In this document: positions 1 to 8,771 of the stretch, piece by piece
Layout: every line of letters begins with the position of its first letter
Numbering within the stretch: position 1 is the stretch's first letter
IMG/VR virus record: IMGVR_UViG_3300008120_000330
Location: 1-37,092 of that record
Length of the DNA: 37,092 bases
From: a virus
Taxonomy: Duplodnaviria; Caudoviricetes
Strand: one strand, 5' to 3'
The notes under the pieces: model-generated
Told to the model about the DNA's origin: nothing
The model's input: the letters and a program-made list of their open reading frames with translations, nothing else
The model's database searches: none
Made by a program: the position numbers and the translations under genes

Positions 1-999
1 CTGTCAACTGCTAATGGTTCTGGAAACTTCTTTCATCACCTTTGGGTCGGCTCCCAAACTGGAACCAATAACTTCCAGGGAATCTTCTGGCCGTGGTCGG
101 CCGGCGACAGAGACGAGGATTGGTATGAAGCCAAAGAGAAGTCGATGCCTTCTTGGCAGTTGCACCAGGAGTATCCTCGAAATCCTGAAGAGGCATTCAT
201 TAAGTCGGGTAATCCTGTTTTCGATGTGGACGCTTTGCGCACATTGGCTACTGAGGAGCCACGGCGGGGCTATGTACATGTCATCTCCCGAAAGAACATG
301 GAATACCGAGACACTCCCGATGGAGAATTTAGAGTCTGGGCAGAGCCAGACTTCGAGGGAGTTTACGTCATCGGTGCAGACGTGGCGGAAGGGTTGGCTC
401 ATGGAGACTACTCGTCTGCACATGTAGTGGACGCTCGCGACCGTAGCGTCGTGGCACATTGGCATGGCCACATCGAGCCAGACCTGTTCGGGGACCTGCT
501 GGCTGAGATTGGCTACTGGTACAACGGGGCGCTTTTGGGCGTGGAGAACAACAACCACGGTCTGACCACCCTGAAGGCGCTTCAGCGATACGGCTACAAG
601 AATATCTACCGCACCCGCAGACTCCAGCAGCGCAATCCCGAGGCCACGGAAATCCTGGGTTGGCGCACCACTACGGCCACCAAGCCGCTGGCCATCGACG
701 AACTGGCTGCCGCCATTCGTGATGGGGACATCGGATTAGCGGATGCGCTTACAGTCCAGGAACTCATTACCTTCGTCCGCCAGGCCAACGGCAGGATGAA
801 CGGCTCCCCACACGACGACAGGGTGATGTCACTGGCAATTACCTGGCAAATGCTCAAGTATGTCTGGCTCCCAGAGTACCGGACCGAGGCTCCGCCCCCC
901 AGGTATTCGCTGAATTGGTTCGAGAAGTTCTTGGTCAGCGAGGACGAGCCGTTCAAACGGGTGCCAATCGGGGCATACAACGCCAGAAACCGTGGGTAA
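1..999 (+). CDS. terL: Terminase large subunit, C-terminal part (5'-partial)
   Basis: Frame is open from base 1 (LSTANGSGNFFHHLW...). Contains the STANG coupling motif and RNase H-like nuclease motifs VIGADVAEG...DYS, GVENNNHG and HDDRVMS. Confidence 0.93.
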   Translation: MSTANGSGNFFHHLWVGSQTGTNNFQGIFWPWSAGDRDEDWYEAKEKSMPSWQLHQEYPRNPEEAFIKSGNPVFDVDALRTLATEEPRRGYVHVISRKNMEYRDTPDGEFRVWAEPDFEGVYVIGADVAEGLAHGDYSSAHVVDARDRSVVAHWHGHIEPDLFGDLLAEIGYWYNGALLGVENNNHGLTTLKALQRYGYKNIYRTRRLQQRNPEATEILGWRTTTATKPLAIDELAAAIRDGDIGLADALTVQELITFVRQANGRMNGSPHDDRVMSLAITWQMLKYVWLPEYRTEAPPPRYSLNWFEKFLVSEDEPFKRVPIGAYNARNRG

Positions 1000-1020
1000 C
1001 GACCGGGCATAAAGATGATG
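996..1020 (+). promoter_or_regulatory. Putative late promoter motif GTAACG-N16-ATG (copy 1)
   Basis: GTAACG at 996-1001 overlaps the terL stop; ATG at 1018 is exactly 16 nt downstream with no SD. Same geometry at 5381, 8313 and 32494. Confidence 0.65.
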
Positions 1021-1245
1021 GGTGCTACAAAATGTCTCGAATGTGGAGATTTGTTCTCCTTTGATGTCATGCCGCGCCGTGGCGCGGTGTGCTTTAAGTG
1101 TCATGTCAAGGGCATTCGCCTCGGGTTTAGCCACGGCAAGGCAGATTTTCATGGTCCCACCATCCGTGAGCGCCAGCGACAGCAGGAACGCCAGGCAGCA
1201 GAGGCCGGAATCAAGGCCGAACCTATTGGGCAGCGCTGGGTGTAA
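1018..1245 (+). CDS. Small Zn-ribbon protein (CxxC...CxxC)
   Basis: CLECG...CFKC motif; starts at the motif-linked ATG; tightly packed in the late operon. Confidence 0.7.
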   Translation: MGATKCLECGDLFSFDVMPRRGAVCFKCHVKGIRLGFSHGKADFHGPTIRERQRQQERQAAEAGIKAEPIGQRWV

Positions 1246-1248
1246 GCC

Positions 1249-1440
1249 GTGTGGTGGGTTTCTATTGTCGTCGCCGTCATTGGCGGTCCCTTGATGTGGG
1301 GGCTAAGCAGGTTTGACAAGCGGAATACCCAGCAACACGCGCAGAACCAGGAGGTTCTGCTGCGGATTGAGTCGAAGGTCGACCACATCGACGAGCGGCT
1401 GGACGACCATATCGATTATCACCTAAAGGAAGGGTTGTAG
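1249..1440 (+). CDS. Small membrane protein (N-terminal TM helix + coiled coil), lysis-associated candidate
   Basis: Hydrophobic N-terminus WWVSIVVAVIGGPLMW, then heptad-like RIESKVDHIDERLDDH; GTG start. Confidence 0.7.
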   Translation: MWWVSIVVAVIGGPLMWGLSRFDKRNTQQHAQNQEVLLRIESKVDHIDERLDDHIDYHLKEGL

Positions 1441-1631
1441 TGAATTATCGTGACGCACTTAAGCGTGGTATTGCTACTTTCATTGCTGGCGCTACCGCTT
1501 CTCCGCTGACCTCGGCGGTCTTTGATGTCTCGTTCTTCAAGGCGGCCGGCATTGCCGGCCTGATTGCCGTGTGGAACTGGCTTGCCCGCGTTGCTCAGGC
1601 ATGGAAGGCAGACAATGGCACGGTTGTCTAA
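1440..1631 (+). CDS. Putative holin (two hydrophobic segments)
   Basis: 63 aa; KRGIATFIAGA...AAGIAGLIAVWNW resembles small actinophage holins; coupled to the upstream gene. Confidence 0.55.
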   Translation: MNYRDALKRGIATFIAGATASPLTSAVFDVSFFKAAGIAGLIAVWNWLARVAQAWKADNGTVV

Positions 1632-3267
1632 TTCAGAATTGCTGTCTCGTTATCGCCAGCACATCGCCAAGTCGAAGCGCTGGCGGCGCGAAGAGGGCTA
1701 CGACGACACCTGGCGTCGGCTTATCGACATGTACCGTGGTCGGCATTACGAGTTTGCCACTGACGAGGACCGCCTGTTGGTGAACGTCGCCTTTGCGACG
1801 GTCAACGTCATTAGCCCCAGCGTCTCCGTGAACTACCCCAAGATTGCAGTTAACGCTCGCAAGTCCGAGGATGCGGCTCGAGCCATCGTGACCGAGGCTG
1901 TCGTCAACTACTGGTGGAAGCACTACAAGGTCAAGCCCGAGTTCCGCCGCGCGGTCAAGGACTTCCTTGTCCTTGGCCACGCATGGCTGAAGGTTGGCTA
2001 CCGCTACGTCGAAGAAGAGGAAGTCCCTACCGCTGACGACGCCTCGACAGTCAACGAGGACAACCTCATTACGCCAATTACCATTGTCCGTGATGACCGC
2101 CCGTTCGTTGAAAGAGTGTCGCCGTTTGACGTATTTGTTGACCCAGACGCAACCAGCGAAAGCGACATGCGATGGATTGCGCAGCGAATCCGTCGACCCC
2201 TGAAGGAGATTAAGGCCGACAAGCGGTACAACCGAACCGCTCGTGAGAACTGCTCGCCTTCCTCGACCTCCAGGTTTGTCGACGAACCTGACCGCAAGAA
2301 GACTTGGGATGAATCGCATCAGTACGCCGATGTGTGGGAGTTCTACGACCTGAAGACTGGCTACATGTCGGTATTCACCGAGGGAGGCGACCAGTTCCTG
2401 GTCAAGCCGACCAAGATGCCGTACGCATTCGGTCATCCATTTGTGATGATTCGCAACTACGACATTCCCGATTACTTCTATCCGCTTGGTGACCTGGAAG
2501 CCATCGAGCCCTTGCAGCGAGAACTCAACGAGACTCGTACCCAGATGATGAACCACCGTAAGCGGTTCTCGCGCAAGTATTTGTTCCGCGAGTCTGCGTT
2601 CGATGCAGATGGTCGGTCGGCATTGGAATCCGACTATGACAATGTGATGGTTCCTGTCGCGTCTGACGAAAACATCAACAATGTTGTAGCCCCGTTCCCC
2701 GCTGTTATTACCCCGCCCGAGTTCTACAATCAGTCGCAGTTGATTCAGGCTGATGTTGAGCAGATTTCTGGAGTCACGGAGTACCAGCGAGGTGGCCTGC
2801 CCGAGATTCGGCGCACGGCCACCGAGGCGGCCATCATGCAGGACGCGGCTAACGCTCGTGCCGCCGACAAGTTGGCGACTATCGAGGGCTGTATCGCTGC
2901 CGTGGCCGAACGCCTCGTGGCGTTGGCCCAGCAGTTCATGACCGGCGAACAGGTCGCCCGTGTATTTGGGCGGGATGGCGAACCGATGTGGGTCACCTTT
3001 GACCGCGACTTCATCGCTGGCCAGTTTGACTTTGAGGTTGAGGCGGGTTCGACCGCCCCGGTCAACGAGTCCTTCCGTCGACAGATGGCCCTGCAGATGG
3101 TTGACGCAATGGCCCCGTTCGCTTCTGCTGGAATCGTCAATACCCAGCGACTGGCTGCCTCTCTCATCTCGCATGGGTATTGGCCTGCCAAATATGGAGT
3201 AGCAGGTAACGATATCTGCTATTGGATAGAGCAACCGAGTAGGACTCTAGGAGAAACAAGTGAGTGA
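1615..3267 (+). CDS. Portal protein (C-terminus probably frameshifted near 3160; true end may be 3202)
   Basis: Lies between terL and scaffold; podoviral portal-like motifs RVSPFDVFVDP, EQISGV and RRTATEA; ATG at 1615. Confidence 0.88.
   Translation: MARLSNSELLSRYRQHIAKSKRWRREEGYDDTWRRLIDMYRGRHYEFATDEDRLLVNVAFATVNVISPSVSVNYPKIAVNARKSEDAARAIVTEAVVNYWWKHYKVKPEFRRAVKDFLVLGHAWLKVGYRYVEEEEVPTADDASTVNEDNLITPITIVRDDRPFVERVSPFDVFVDPDATSESDMRWIAQRIRRPLKEIKADKRYNRTARENCSPSSTSRFVDEPDRKKTWDESHQYADVWEFYDLKTGYMSVFTEGGDQFLVKPTKMPYAFGHPFVMIRNYDIPDYFYPLGDLEAIEPLQRELNETRTQMMNHRKRFSRKYLFRESAFDADGRSALESDYDNVMVPVASDENINNVVAPFPAVITPPEFYNQSQLIQADVEQISGVTEYQRGGLPEIRRTATEAAIMQDAANARAADKLATIEGCIAAVAERLVALAQQFMTGEQVARVFGRDGEPMWVTFDRDFIAGQFDFEVEAGSTAPVNESFRRQMALQMVDAMAPFASAGIVNTQRLAASLISHGYWPAKYGVAGNDICYWIEQPSRTLGETSE
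3206..3230 (+). promoter_or_regulatory. Putative late promoter motif (copy 2), upstream of scaffold/capsid
   Basis: GTAACG at 3206-3211, A at 3228 (16 nt later), then a short leader with AGGAG SD before GTG at 3260. Confidence 0.55.
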
Positions 3268-4057
3268 ATTTAATGATGTCCACGTTGACAGCCCCGCCGA
3301 GGAAGGCGGACAAGTTGCAGAGGTGGACGGGGCCGAGGACTTCGAGGCACCCACTCTAAACATCGATGAGTTTGCGGACCACTATGTGACCGTAAAAATT
3401 GATGGAGAAGATGTGCGTGTCCCGCTGTCGGAGGCGGTGGCTGGCTACAGTCGTCAAGCGGACTATACCCGCAAGACGCAGGAGTTGGCCGAGCAGCGCC
3501 AACAGTTGCAGTGGGCTTCTGCAATCCAGGCAGCACTGGAGAACAACCCAGCGCAGACAATCGAATTGTTGTCCAATCATTACGGCATTTCCAAGGCGGA
3601 GGCTAAGGTCATGGCAGACGAGTGGTCGACAGGCGAGGACTCGTGGGTAGACCCGGTTGATGCAAAGATGTCCGAACTTGACAAGAGGATTCGGGCGTTC
3701 GAGGAGCAGCAGGCTTATGCGAAACTGGAACGAGATGTTCAGGCTCTGCAAACCAAATACGGTGAAGACTTCAACCCCCAAGAAGTGGTTGCTGCTGCGC
3801 TTGCGCAGGGCAACAACAACCTGGAGGCTGTGTATAAGCAAATCGCTTTCGACCGCGTGGCTACGAAGGCAGAAGCCGCCAAGCGGCTCGCTGCCGACAA
3901 GACGGCACAGGAAGAGAAAGTGATTGAGGCCAAGCGAAACGCCAGCGTGGTGTCGAGCGGTTCCTCTGCCAAAGCAGCGAAGGAAGAAGTTGGAGCCATC
4001 CGTTCTGTCTCAGACGCCTGGGCTGCCGCCAAAAAGCAGTACGGCGTCTCCAACTAA
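3260..4057 (+). CDS. Capsid scaffolding protein
   Basis: Acidic N-terminus, VTVKIDGE...GYSRQADYTRKTQELAEQR motif, coiled coil; immediately upstream of the capsid gene; AGGAG SD. Confidence 0.88.
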   Translation: MSEFNDVHVDSPAEEGGQVAEVDGAEDFEAPTLNIDEFADHYVTVKIDGEDVRVPLSEAVAGYSRQADYTRKTQELAEQRQQLQWASAIQAALENNPAQTIELLSNHYGISKAEAKVMADEWSTGEDSWVDPVDAKMSELDKRIRAFEEQQAYAKLERDVQALQTKYGEDFNPQEVVAAALAQGNNNLEAVYKQIAFDRVATKAEAAKRLAADKTAQEEKVIEAKRNASVVSSGSSAKAAKEEVGAIRSVSDAWAAAKKQYGVSN

Positions 4058-4072
4058 CAAGGAGTAACTACA

Positions 4073-5014
4073 ATGGCTGGAAACGCTTCATTCGACGCGC
4101 TTCTCTCAACGACTCTTGCGAACTACCGCAAGCAGTTGACCGACAACGTGTTCACGGCTCGTCCGCTGACCTACTTCCTCATGGATAAGGGTCGCATCCG
4201 CATGCTGGATGGCGGTACGAAGATTGTTGAGCCGCTCATCTACGGTCAGAACTCGACCGTCGCCTCCTACTCGGGCTACGACACCCTGTCGTTGACCGCC
4301 CAGGAAGGCATCACCGCCGCTGAGTACGATTGGAAGCAGTACGCTGTGTCCATCGCCATCTCGGGAATTGAAGAGGCGAAGAACAACGGCGAAGCCGCTG
4401 TCCTCAACCTGCTCGAAGCCAAGGTCATGCAGGCCGAGGAGTCGATGCGTGAAGGCTTCAACCAGATGTTTTTCAGCAATGGCACCGGCAACTCGGGCAA
4501 GAACTGGAACGGCCTCGGCAACCTCGTGTCGTCGGTCGGAACCGTTGGTGGCATCAACCGCGCCACCTCGGGCAACGAGTTCTGGCGCTCGTACGTGAAC
4601 GCCAACGCTGGCGCTCTCACGCTCGGCAAGATGACCACGGCGTACAACACCACCTCGGTTGGCAACGACCACCCCGACATGGTGCTGACCACCCAGACCC
4701 TGTTCGAGAAGTATGAGTCGCTCCTGCAGCCGCAGTTGCGCTACACCGACACCAAGACCGCAGACGCTGGCTTCCAGAACCTGCTGTTCAAGGCTGCTCC
4801 CGTGGCGTATGACGTGCACTGCCCCGCTGGCTACATGTACTTCCTCAACAGCAAGTACCTCACCCTGGTGGGTCACTCGGGCAAGTGGTTCTCGAACACG
4901 GACTTCGTCCGTCCCGAGAACATGGACGCCCGCTACGCGCTCATCATGTGCTACGGCAACTTGACGGTCCGCAACGCCGCCAAGCAGGGTGTCATCACCG
5001 ACGCTACCGCCTGA
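4073..5014 (+). CDS. Major capsid protein
   Basis: 313 aa after the scaffold; strong AAGGAG SD; strongly C/G-ending codon bias; followed by a terminator; HK97-fold-like sequence. Confidence 0.9.
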   Translation: MAGNASFDALLSTTLANYRKQLTDNVFTARPLTYFLMDKGRIRMLDGGTKIVEPLIYGQNSTVASYSGYDTLSLTAQEGITAAEYDWKQYAVSIAISGIEEAKNNGEAAVLNLLEAKVMQAEESMREGFNQMFFSNGTGNSGKNWNGLGNLVSSVGTVGGINRATSGNEFWRSYVNANAGALTLGKMTTAYNTTSVGNDHPDMVLTTQTLFEKYESLLQPQLRYTDTKTADAGFQNLLFKAAPVAYDVHCPAGYMYFLNSKYLTLVGHSGKWFSNTDFVRPENMDARYALIMCYGNLTVRNAAKQGVITDATA

Positions 5015-5040
5015 TAGCCCGCCCATTACAGGGCACAAAC

Positions 5041-5085
5041 AGGAGGGGGTGGTCTGCCGTAGGGCGGCGGGCCACCCCTTCTTTG
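5041..5085 (+). terminator. Intrinsic terminator after the major capsid gene
   Basis: GAGGGGGTGGTCTGCCG-TAGGG-CGGCGGGCCACCCCTTC stem-loop followed by TTT. Confidence 0.75.
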
Positions 5086-5098
5086 AGAAAGGAACAAT

Positions 5099-5380
5099 AT
5101 GCCCCCCTCACCCAAGCCCAGCCCCAAGAAGCGCCCCAGCCGTAGCAGCACCGCTGATACGATGAATACCCGCATCGCAGGGAGAAAACTCAAGGCAGTC
5201 GGAGATTATTACACCGCCCAGGATGTTTCCACATCTGGTCGAGCAGGAATCCGGACGCGCAAGGCCGTTGCTGCCAAGCGAGTTGGGCAGTTGAATCGCG
5301 CTGCGGCCAAGAAGATTGGCTCCGAAGGGCCCAAGGCACCCAAGCCGCGCAACGCCCAGCGCAATAAGTACGCTCGCTGA
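5099..5380 (+). CDS. Small, highly basic (K/R/P-rich) protein
   Basis: AAAGGA SD; 93 aa, very K/R rich. A nucleic-acid-binding role is inferred. Confidence 0.7.
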   Translation: MPPSPKPSPKKRPSRSSTADTMNTRIAGRKLKAVGDYYTAQDVSTSGRAGIRTRKAVAAKRVGQLNRAAAKKIGSEGPKAPKPRNAQRNKYAR

Positions 5381-5405
5381 GTAACGCTCCAGCCTTTTAG
5401 TGATG
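5381..5405 (+). promoter_or_regulatory. Putative late promoter motif GTAACG-N16-ATG (copy 3)
   Basis: GTAACG at 5381-5386 directly follows the stop; ATG at 5403; no SD. Confidence 0.65.
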
Positions 5406-5633
5406 GCTGGAACACCTGTTTACTCTTACCACGGCACACCGGCAACGGTCGGGTCGCGCCCCTACGCTACGGCTGATGCTCGGCCTGCCCCCGCTGGTGG
5501 CATGCCATACATCGGTCACACGCGCTGTATTGCCAACAACGAAACCTGCGATGGGCCAAGGGCAAAGGGAACCGAATACTGCATCGGCCATCTGCGCAGC
5601 ATGGCCAAGGAGCAACTGAATGAACCTGAGTGA
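5403..5633 (+). CDS. Small Cys/His protein (C-x6-C-x9-C-x2-H)
   Basis: RCIANNETCDGPRAKGTEYCIGH; overlaps the start of the adaptor gene. Confidence 0.7.
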   Translation: MAGTPVYSYHGTPATVGSRPYATADARPAPAGGMPYIGHTRCIANNETCDGPRAKGTEYCIGHLRSMAKEQLNEPE

Positions 5634-6300
5634 CATTCGGTCCAAGGTCCGAACCATCACAGACATGGACACCACGGACCTGCCCAATGACCTGCTAGAC
5701 ATGTATGCCAAGGACGGCTACGAGCGCATGATTGCGCTCGAACGCCGCTGGCCGTTCTTCCAGAAGTCATACTCGCTGTCCACCGTCGCTGACCAGAGAG
5801 AGTACCTCATCTCGTCCATTGGGGCTGGAGATGCGCTGGAAATTACTTCGGTTGTCGATACTACTAATGGTGGGCAGCGATTGACCTTGATTGCCCATGA
5901 GGATGCCGAGGCCGTGTGGAACGGTTCGTCCGACCTGACTGGTCGGCCCCTGCACTTCTCCATCTGGGAAAGTCGGATTCATCTGTGGCCCAAGCCCAAC
6001 GCCGTGTATGCGCTGTCGCTGCGCGGCTATCGCAAGCCAGTTGACTGGACGGCCAATACGTCGACAGCGGTTGACGCTGACGACCGTTTGCACCAGGCAA
6101 TTGTTTACTATGTTGTTGCCCAGGTCTACCAACTTCAGGAGGATGTTGAACTCGCTACGTTCTATCGCAACTCTTTTGATGAAGCCGTTCGCCTTGTGGC
6201 TAGCGACATTATGCGTCCTTCTTCTCATCGCCCGCTGATTCTCAGCGGCTCTCGATTCCACGAGACGCAAGATGGCTGGCAGTACCCCGTCTATTACTGA
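5620..6300 (+). CDS. Head-tail adaptor (tail tubular protein A-like)
   Basis: MNLSDIRSKVR..., RWPF and IHLWPKP motifs; size and position after the capsid gene; GGAG SD. Confidence 0.75.
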   Translation: MNLSDIRSKVRTITDMDTTDLPNDLLDMYAKDGYERMIALERRWPFFQKSYSLSTVADQREYLISSIGAGDALEITSVVDTTNGGQRLTLIAHEDAEAVWNGSSDLTGRPLHFSIWESRIHLWPKPNAVYALSLRGYRKPVDWTANTSTAVDADDRLHQAIVYYVVAQVYQLQEDVELATFYRNSFDEAVRLVASDIMRPSSHRPLILSGSRFHETQDGWQYPVYY

Positions 6301-7949
6301 TGATTCAAACAATCGCTGTCAATGACTTCACTGGTGGGTTGAACTACCGAGCCGACGCATTCCAGTTGGCCAACAATGAATCGCCAGACATGCAGAATGT
6401 CGACGTTGACCCGCGCGGCGGATTCTCCTCGCGTGGCGGAATCATTGATTATTCGACAGCGGCGGTTGGTGGTGCAACCGCTGGTGCGTTTACGCCCAGG
6501 CGGTTGTTCGGATGGGACGGCGCATACAAGCACCTGATGATTGCAGCCAACGACAAAGTATTCTGGACGGCAGACGGTATAATTTCGTCTTCCATCAGCA
6601 ACACCGACAACCCGTACGGCGCATCGTTCGCACCATGGGCAGTTGGCTCGAGTTCGCTGGTCTATATTGCGTGTGGTCACAGCAATGTTGGCAAGAAGTG
6701 GAGTGGAACTACAACCACAAGCCTGACCGCAAGCGCTACTGGCGCTTGGCAGGATTCGTACGCATCGCCAACTGGAACGCACATGCCCAAGGCGAATCTC
6801 GTCGCAACACACCTCGACAGGCTGTGGGTCGCTGATACCAACGAGAACAGCACGTCCTACCCGAACAGAATCCGATTCTCACATCCAGGATTTGCTGAGT
6901 CTTGGCGCGAACTGGATTACATCGACGTGACTGGTGGTGGCTCTGGCATTACCGCCATCATTCCATTTGGCGACCAATTGCTTATCTTCAAGAAGCGTGC
7001 TGTCTACGCACTCATGGGGTACGACGAAGAGACATTCCAGTTGGTGCCATTGACAACGGAGATTGGTGCGGTCAATGCCCAATGTGTCGCCGTCACGGAA
7101 CAAGGCGTGTTCTTCTTCTCGTGGCCCGATGGGCTGTTTGTTTACAACGGAACCGCTTTTACTGATTTGTTTGTTCCACTTCGCCCGCTCCTCCAGACGG
7201 GCGAAATCACCGAAACTTCGATGGGTGGAGTTTATGTTTCTTGGGTTGGCCGGCGCATCTTTGTATCCCTACCTCTGGGCGTGGACCCTCAAGATATTGA
7301 AACATACAACCAGTCCACAATTACCTACGACAACGCGGACACGAAGTACGGCGGCAACACGAGAGCCACGACACCAACCGCTTCGTTTGTATGGGACCAG
7401 ACCATTCGTGAGGGCGGAGCCTGGACGAAGTATGTAACTGGGGATGGCTACGGATTGGGACCTGGCATTGATTTTATTCAATCCACGGGTAGACGAGTGC
7501 CTGTATTCGCCCACGTTTATCAACCGGCAATTATTGAAATCAATAAGCAGGATATTCACACCGATACTATTCGTGGGACCGAGCACACATTCGACGCTTA
7601 CTATTACACGCGGTGGCAGGATGCCGACGCATCGTCGGCCAAGAAGTTCTGGCGACGACCAGAGATGGTCGTTCGCCAACTCGGACACAACACCACTATT
7701 GATGTCGAGGTTTACCACAACTGGAATCGCGCGACGACAGATAGGTCATTCTCGGTGGCGCTAGATGCCCGCGAGATTGGTGGCGGCTACGAGTCGTGGG
7801 TATCCCCCGACCTTGGTTCGGACTTGGCCAAGGGAAATAATCTTGGTCTGGCTAACAGCGTGCAGTTGAAGATTTCTACCAATGGTTCAAACCCCTGGGG
7901 AATAAACTCCATCTCGTTCAAGTTCAATCCTCGTCGGGTCAGGGCATAA
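6300..7949 (+). CDS. Tail nozzle / DNA stabilisation protein (tubular protein B, P22 gp10-like)
   Basis: DFTGGLN N-terminus; beta-propeller-like repeats (RLWVA, RIRFS, LLIFKKRAVY, GVFFFS). Confidence 0.8.
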   Translation: MIQTIAVNDFTGGLNYRADAFQLANNESPDMQNVDVDPRGGFSSRGGIIDYSTAAVGGATAGAFTPRRLFGWDGAYKHLMIAANDKVFWTADGIISSSISNTDNPYGASFAPWAVGSSSLVYIACGHSNVGKKWSGTTTTSLTASATGAWQDSYASPTGTHMPKANLVATHLDRLWVADTNENSTSYPNRIRFSHPGFAESWRELDYIDVTGGGSGITAIIPFGDQLLIFKKRAVYALMGYDEETFQLVPLTTEIGAVNAQCVAVTEQGVFFFSWPDGLFVYNGTAFTDLFVPLRPLLQTGEITETSMGGVYVSWVGRRIFVSLPLGVDPQDIETYNQSTITYDNADTKYGGNTRATTPTASFVWDQTIREGGAWTKYVTGDGYGLGPGIDFIQSTGRRVPVFAHVYQPAIIEINKQDIHTDTIRGTEHTFDAYYYTRWQDADASSAKKFWRRPEMVVRQLGHNTTIDVEVYHNWNRATTDRSFSVALDAREIGGGYESWVSPDLGSDLAKGNNLGLANSVQLKISTNGSNPWGINSISFKFNPRRVRA

Positions 7950-8314
7950 TGCCTCGCAAACTATTCACCGCACCGACAGCGCAGTTTTTGACCGGGGAAA
8001 ATGCCCGCCCATTGCGGTGGATTCTCGGGGCACTTAACGAGTACTTCAAGACTCACATCGGTTTCTGGGGCCGTTATACGGGAACGACAGACGCAAATGG
8101 GCGTCTGGTCATTACCCATAATTGCGGGTTTGAACCCGAGGCCGTCACCGTCACGGAGCACTATGTGGACTCCGCCCCCCACGATATGGGGCCATTCCAC
8201 CTCCACAGTTTTGACGCTACGACTATTGACATTCATTTTTTGACCAAGTCAGGGCAGGACAGGACCAACCACAATGTTGAGGTTTGCGTTCATTTCGTGC
8301 CCTTTACCTCGTGA
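7949..8314 (+). CDS. Hypothetical virion/tail protein
   Basis: Coupled to the nozzle gene (TAATG overlap); 121 aa. Confidence 0.65.
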   Translation: MPRKLFTAPTAQFLTGENARPLRWILGALNEYFKTHIGFWGRYTGTTDANGRLVITHNCGFEPEAVTVTEHYVDSAPHDMGPFHLHSFDATTIDIHFLTKSGQDRTNHNVEVCVHFVPFTS

Positions 8315-8337
8315 AACGATAAAGGGTATTAGTGATG
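8313..8337 (+). promoter_or_regulatory. Putative late promoter motif GAAACG-N16-ATG (copy 4)
   Basis: GAAACG at 8313-8318 overlaps the stop; ATG at 8335; ends TTAGTGATGGCT like copy 3. Confidence 0.6.
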
Positions 8338-8769
8338 GCTGCATATACGGACCTAGGACTATGGTGGAGTGGACAGCAGCGCCCCGCTGCCCAGAAGCGG
8401 GACGCCACGCTGGCCATGAACTCCTATGCCCGCTTCCTTTCCCAGCAAAGGGGTAACCGCCAGGCAATGGACATTGACGTGGCGGGAACCAAAGGTCTGG
8501 GCAAACTGGGCGCTTCATATGCTCAGCGCGGTTTGACCTCGTCTGGAATCCGTGAGCGTGGACTTGGCGAGTATGGCGCTGGATGGCAGCGACAGAAGCA
8601 GGATGTCCTGACTGAGATGGGTCAGAAGTTGCAGGAGTTGAATCTGCAGGACGCGGCCGCCGTAGCGGAATATGACGCATTAATGCAGGAGATTAACCGC
8701 GAAAAGGAACGTCGAATTATTGAAGCGGCAGCGGCCCTGAGTGGCTTTGGCCCGTTCTTGGGGAGTTGA
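8335..8769 (+). CDS. Putative internal virion/ejection protein
   Basis: Helical and A/Q/G-rich, with RGLTSSGI motif; lies after the tail genes. Confidence 0.65.
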   Translation: MAAYTDLGLWWSGQQRPAAQKRDATLAMNSYARFLSQQRGNRQAMDIDVAGTKGLGKLGASYAQRGLTSSGIRERGLGEYGAGWQRQKQDVLTEMGQKLQELNLQDAAAVAEYDALMQEINREKERRIIEAAAALSGFGPFLGS

Positions 8770-8771
8770 TT

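Noticed and set aside
3150-3170. Programmed ribosomal frameshifting as the cause of the portal and TerS frame breaks
   Set aside because: No slippery heptamer or homopolymer at either junction, and both proteins appear to lack internal sequence, which fits deletion better.
1633-5038. Long antisense ORFs (1633-3234, 4106-5038) and similar ones elsewhere
   Set aside because: Shadow frames of GC-biased portal and capsid genes, with no SD or protein motifs.
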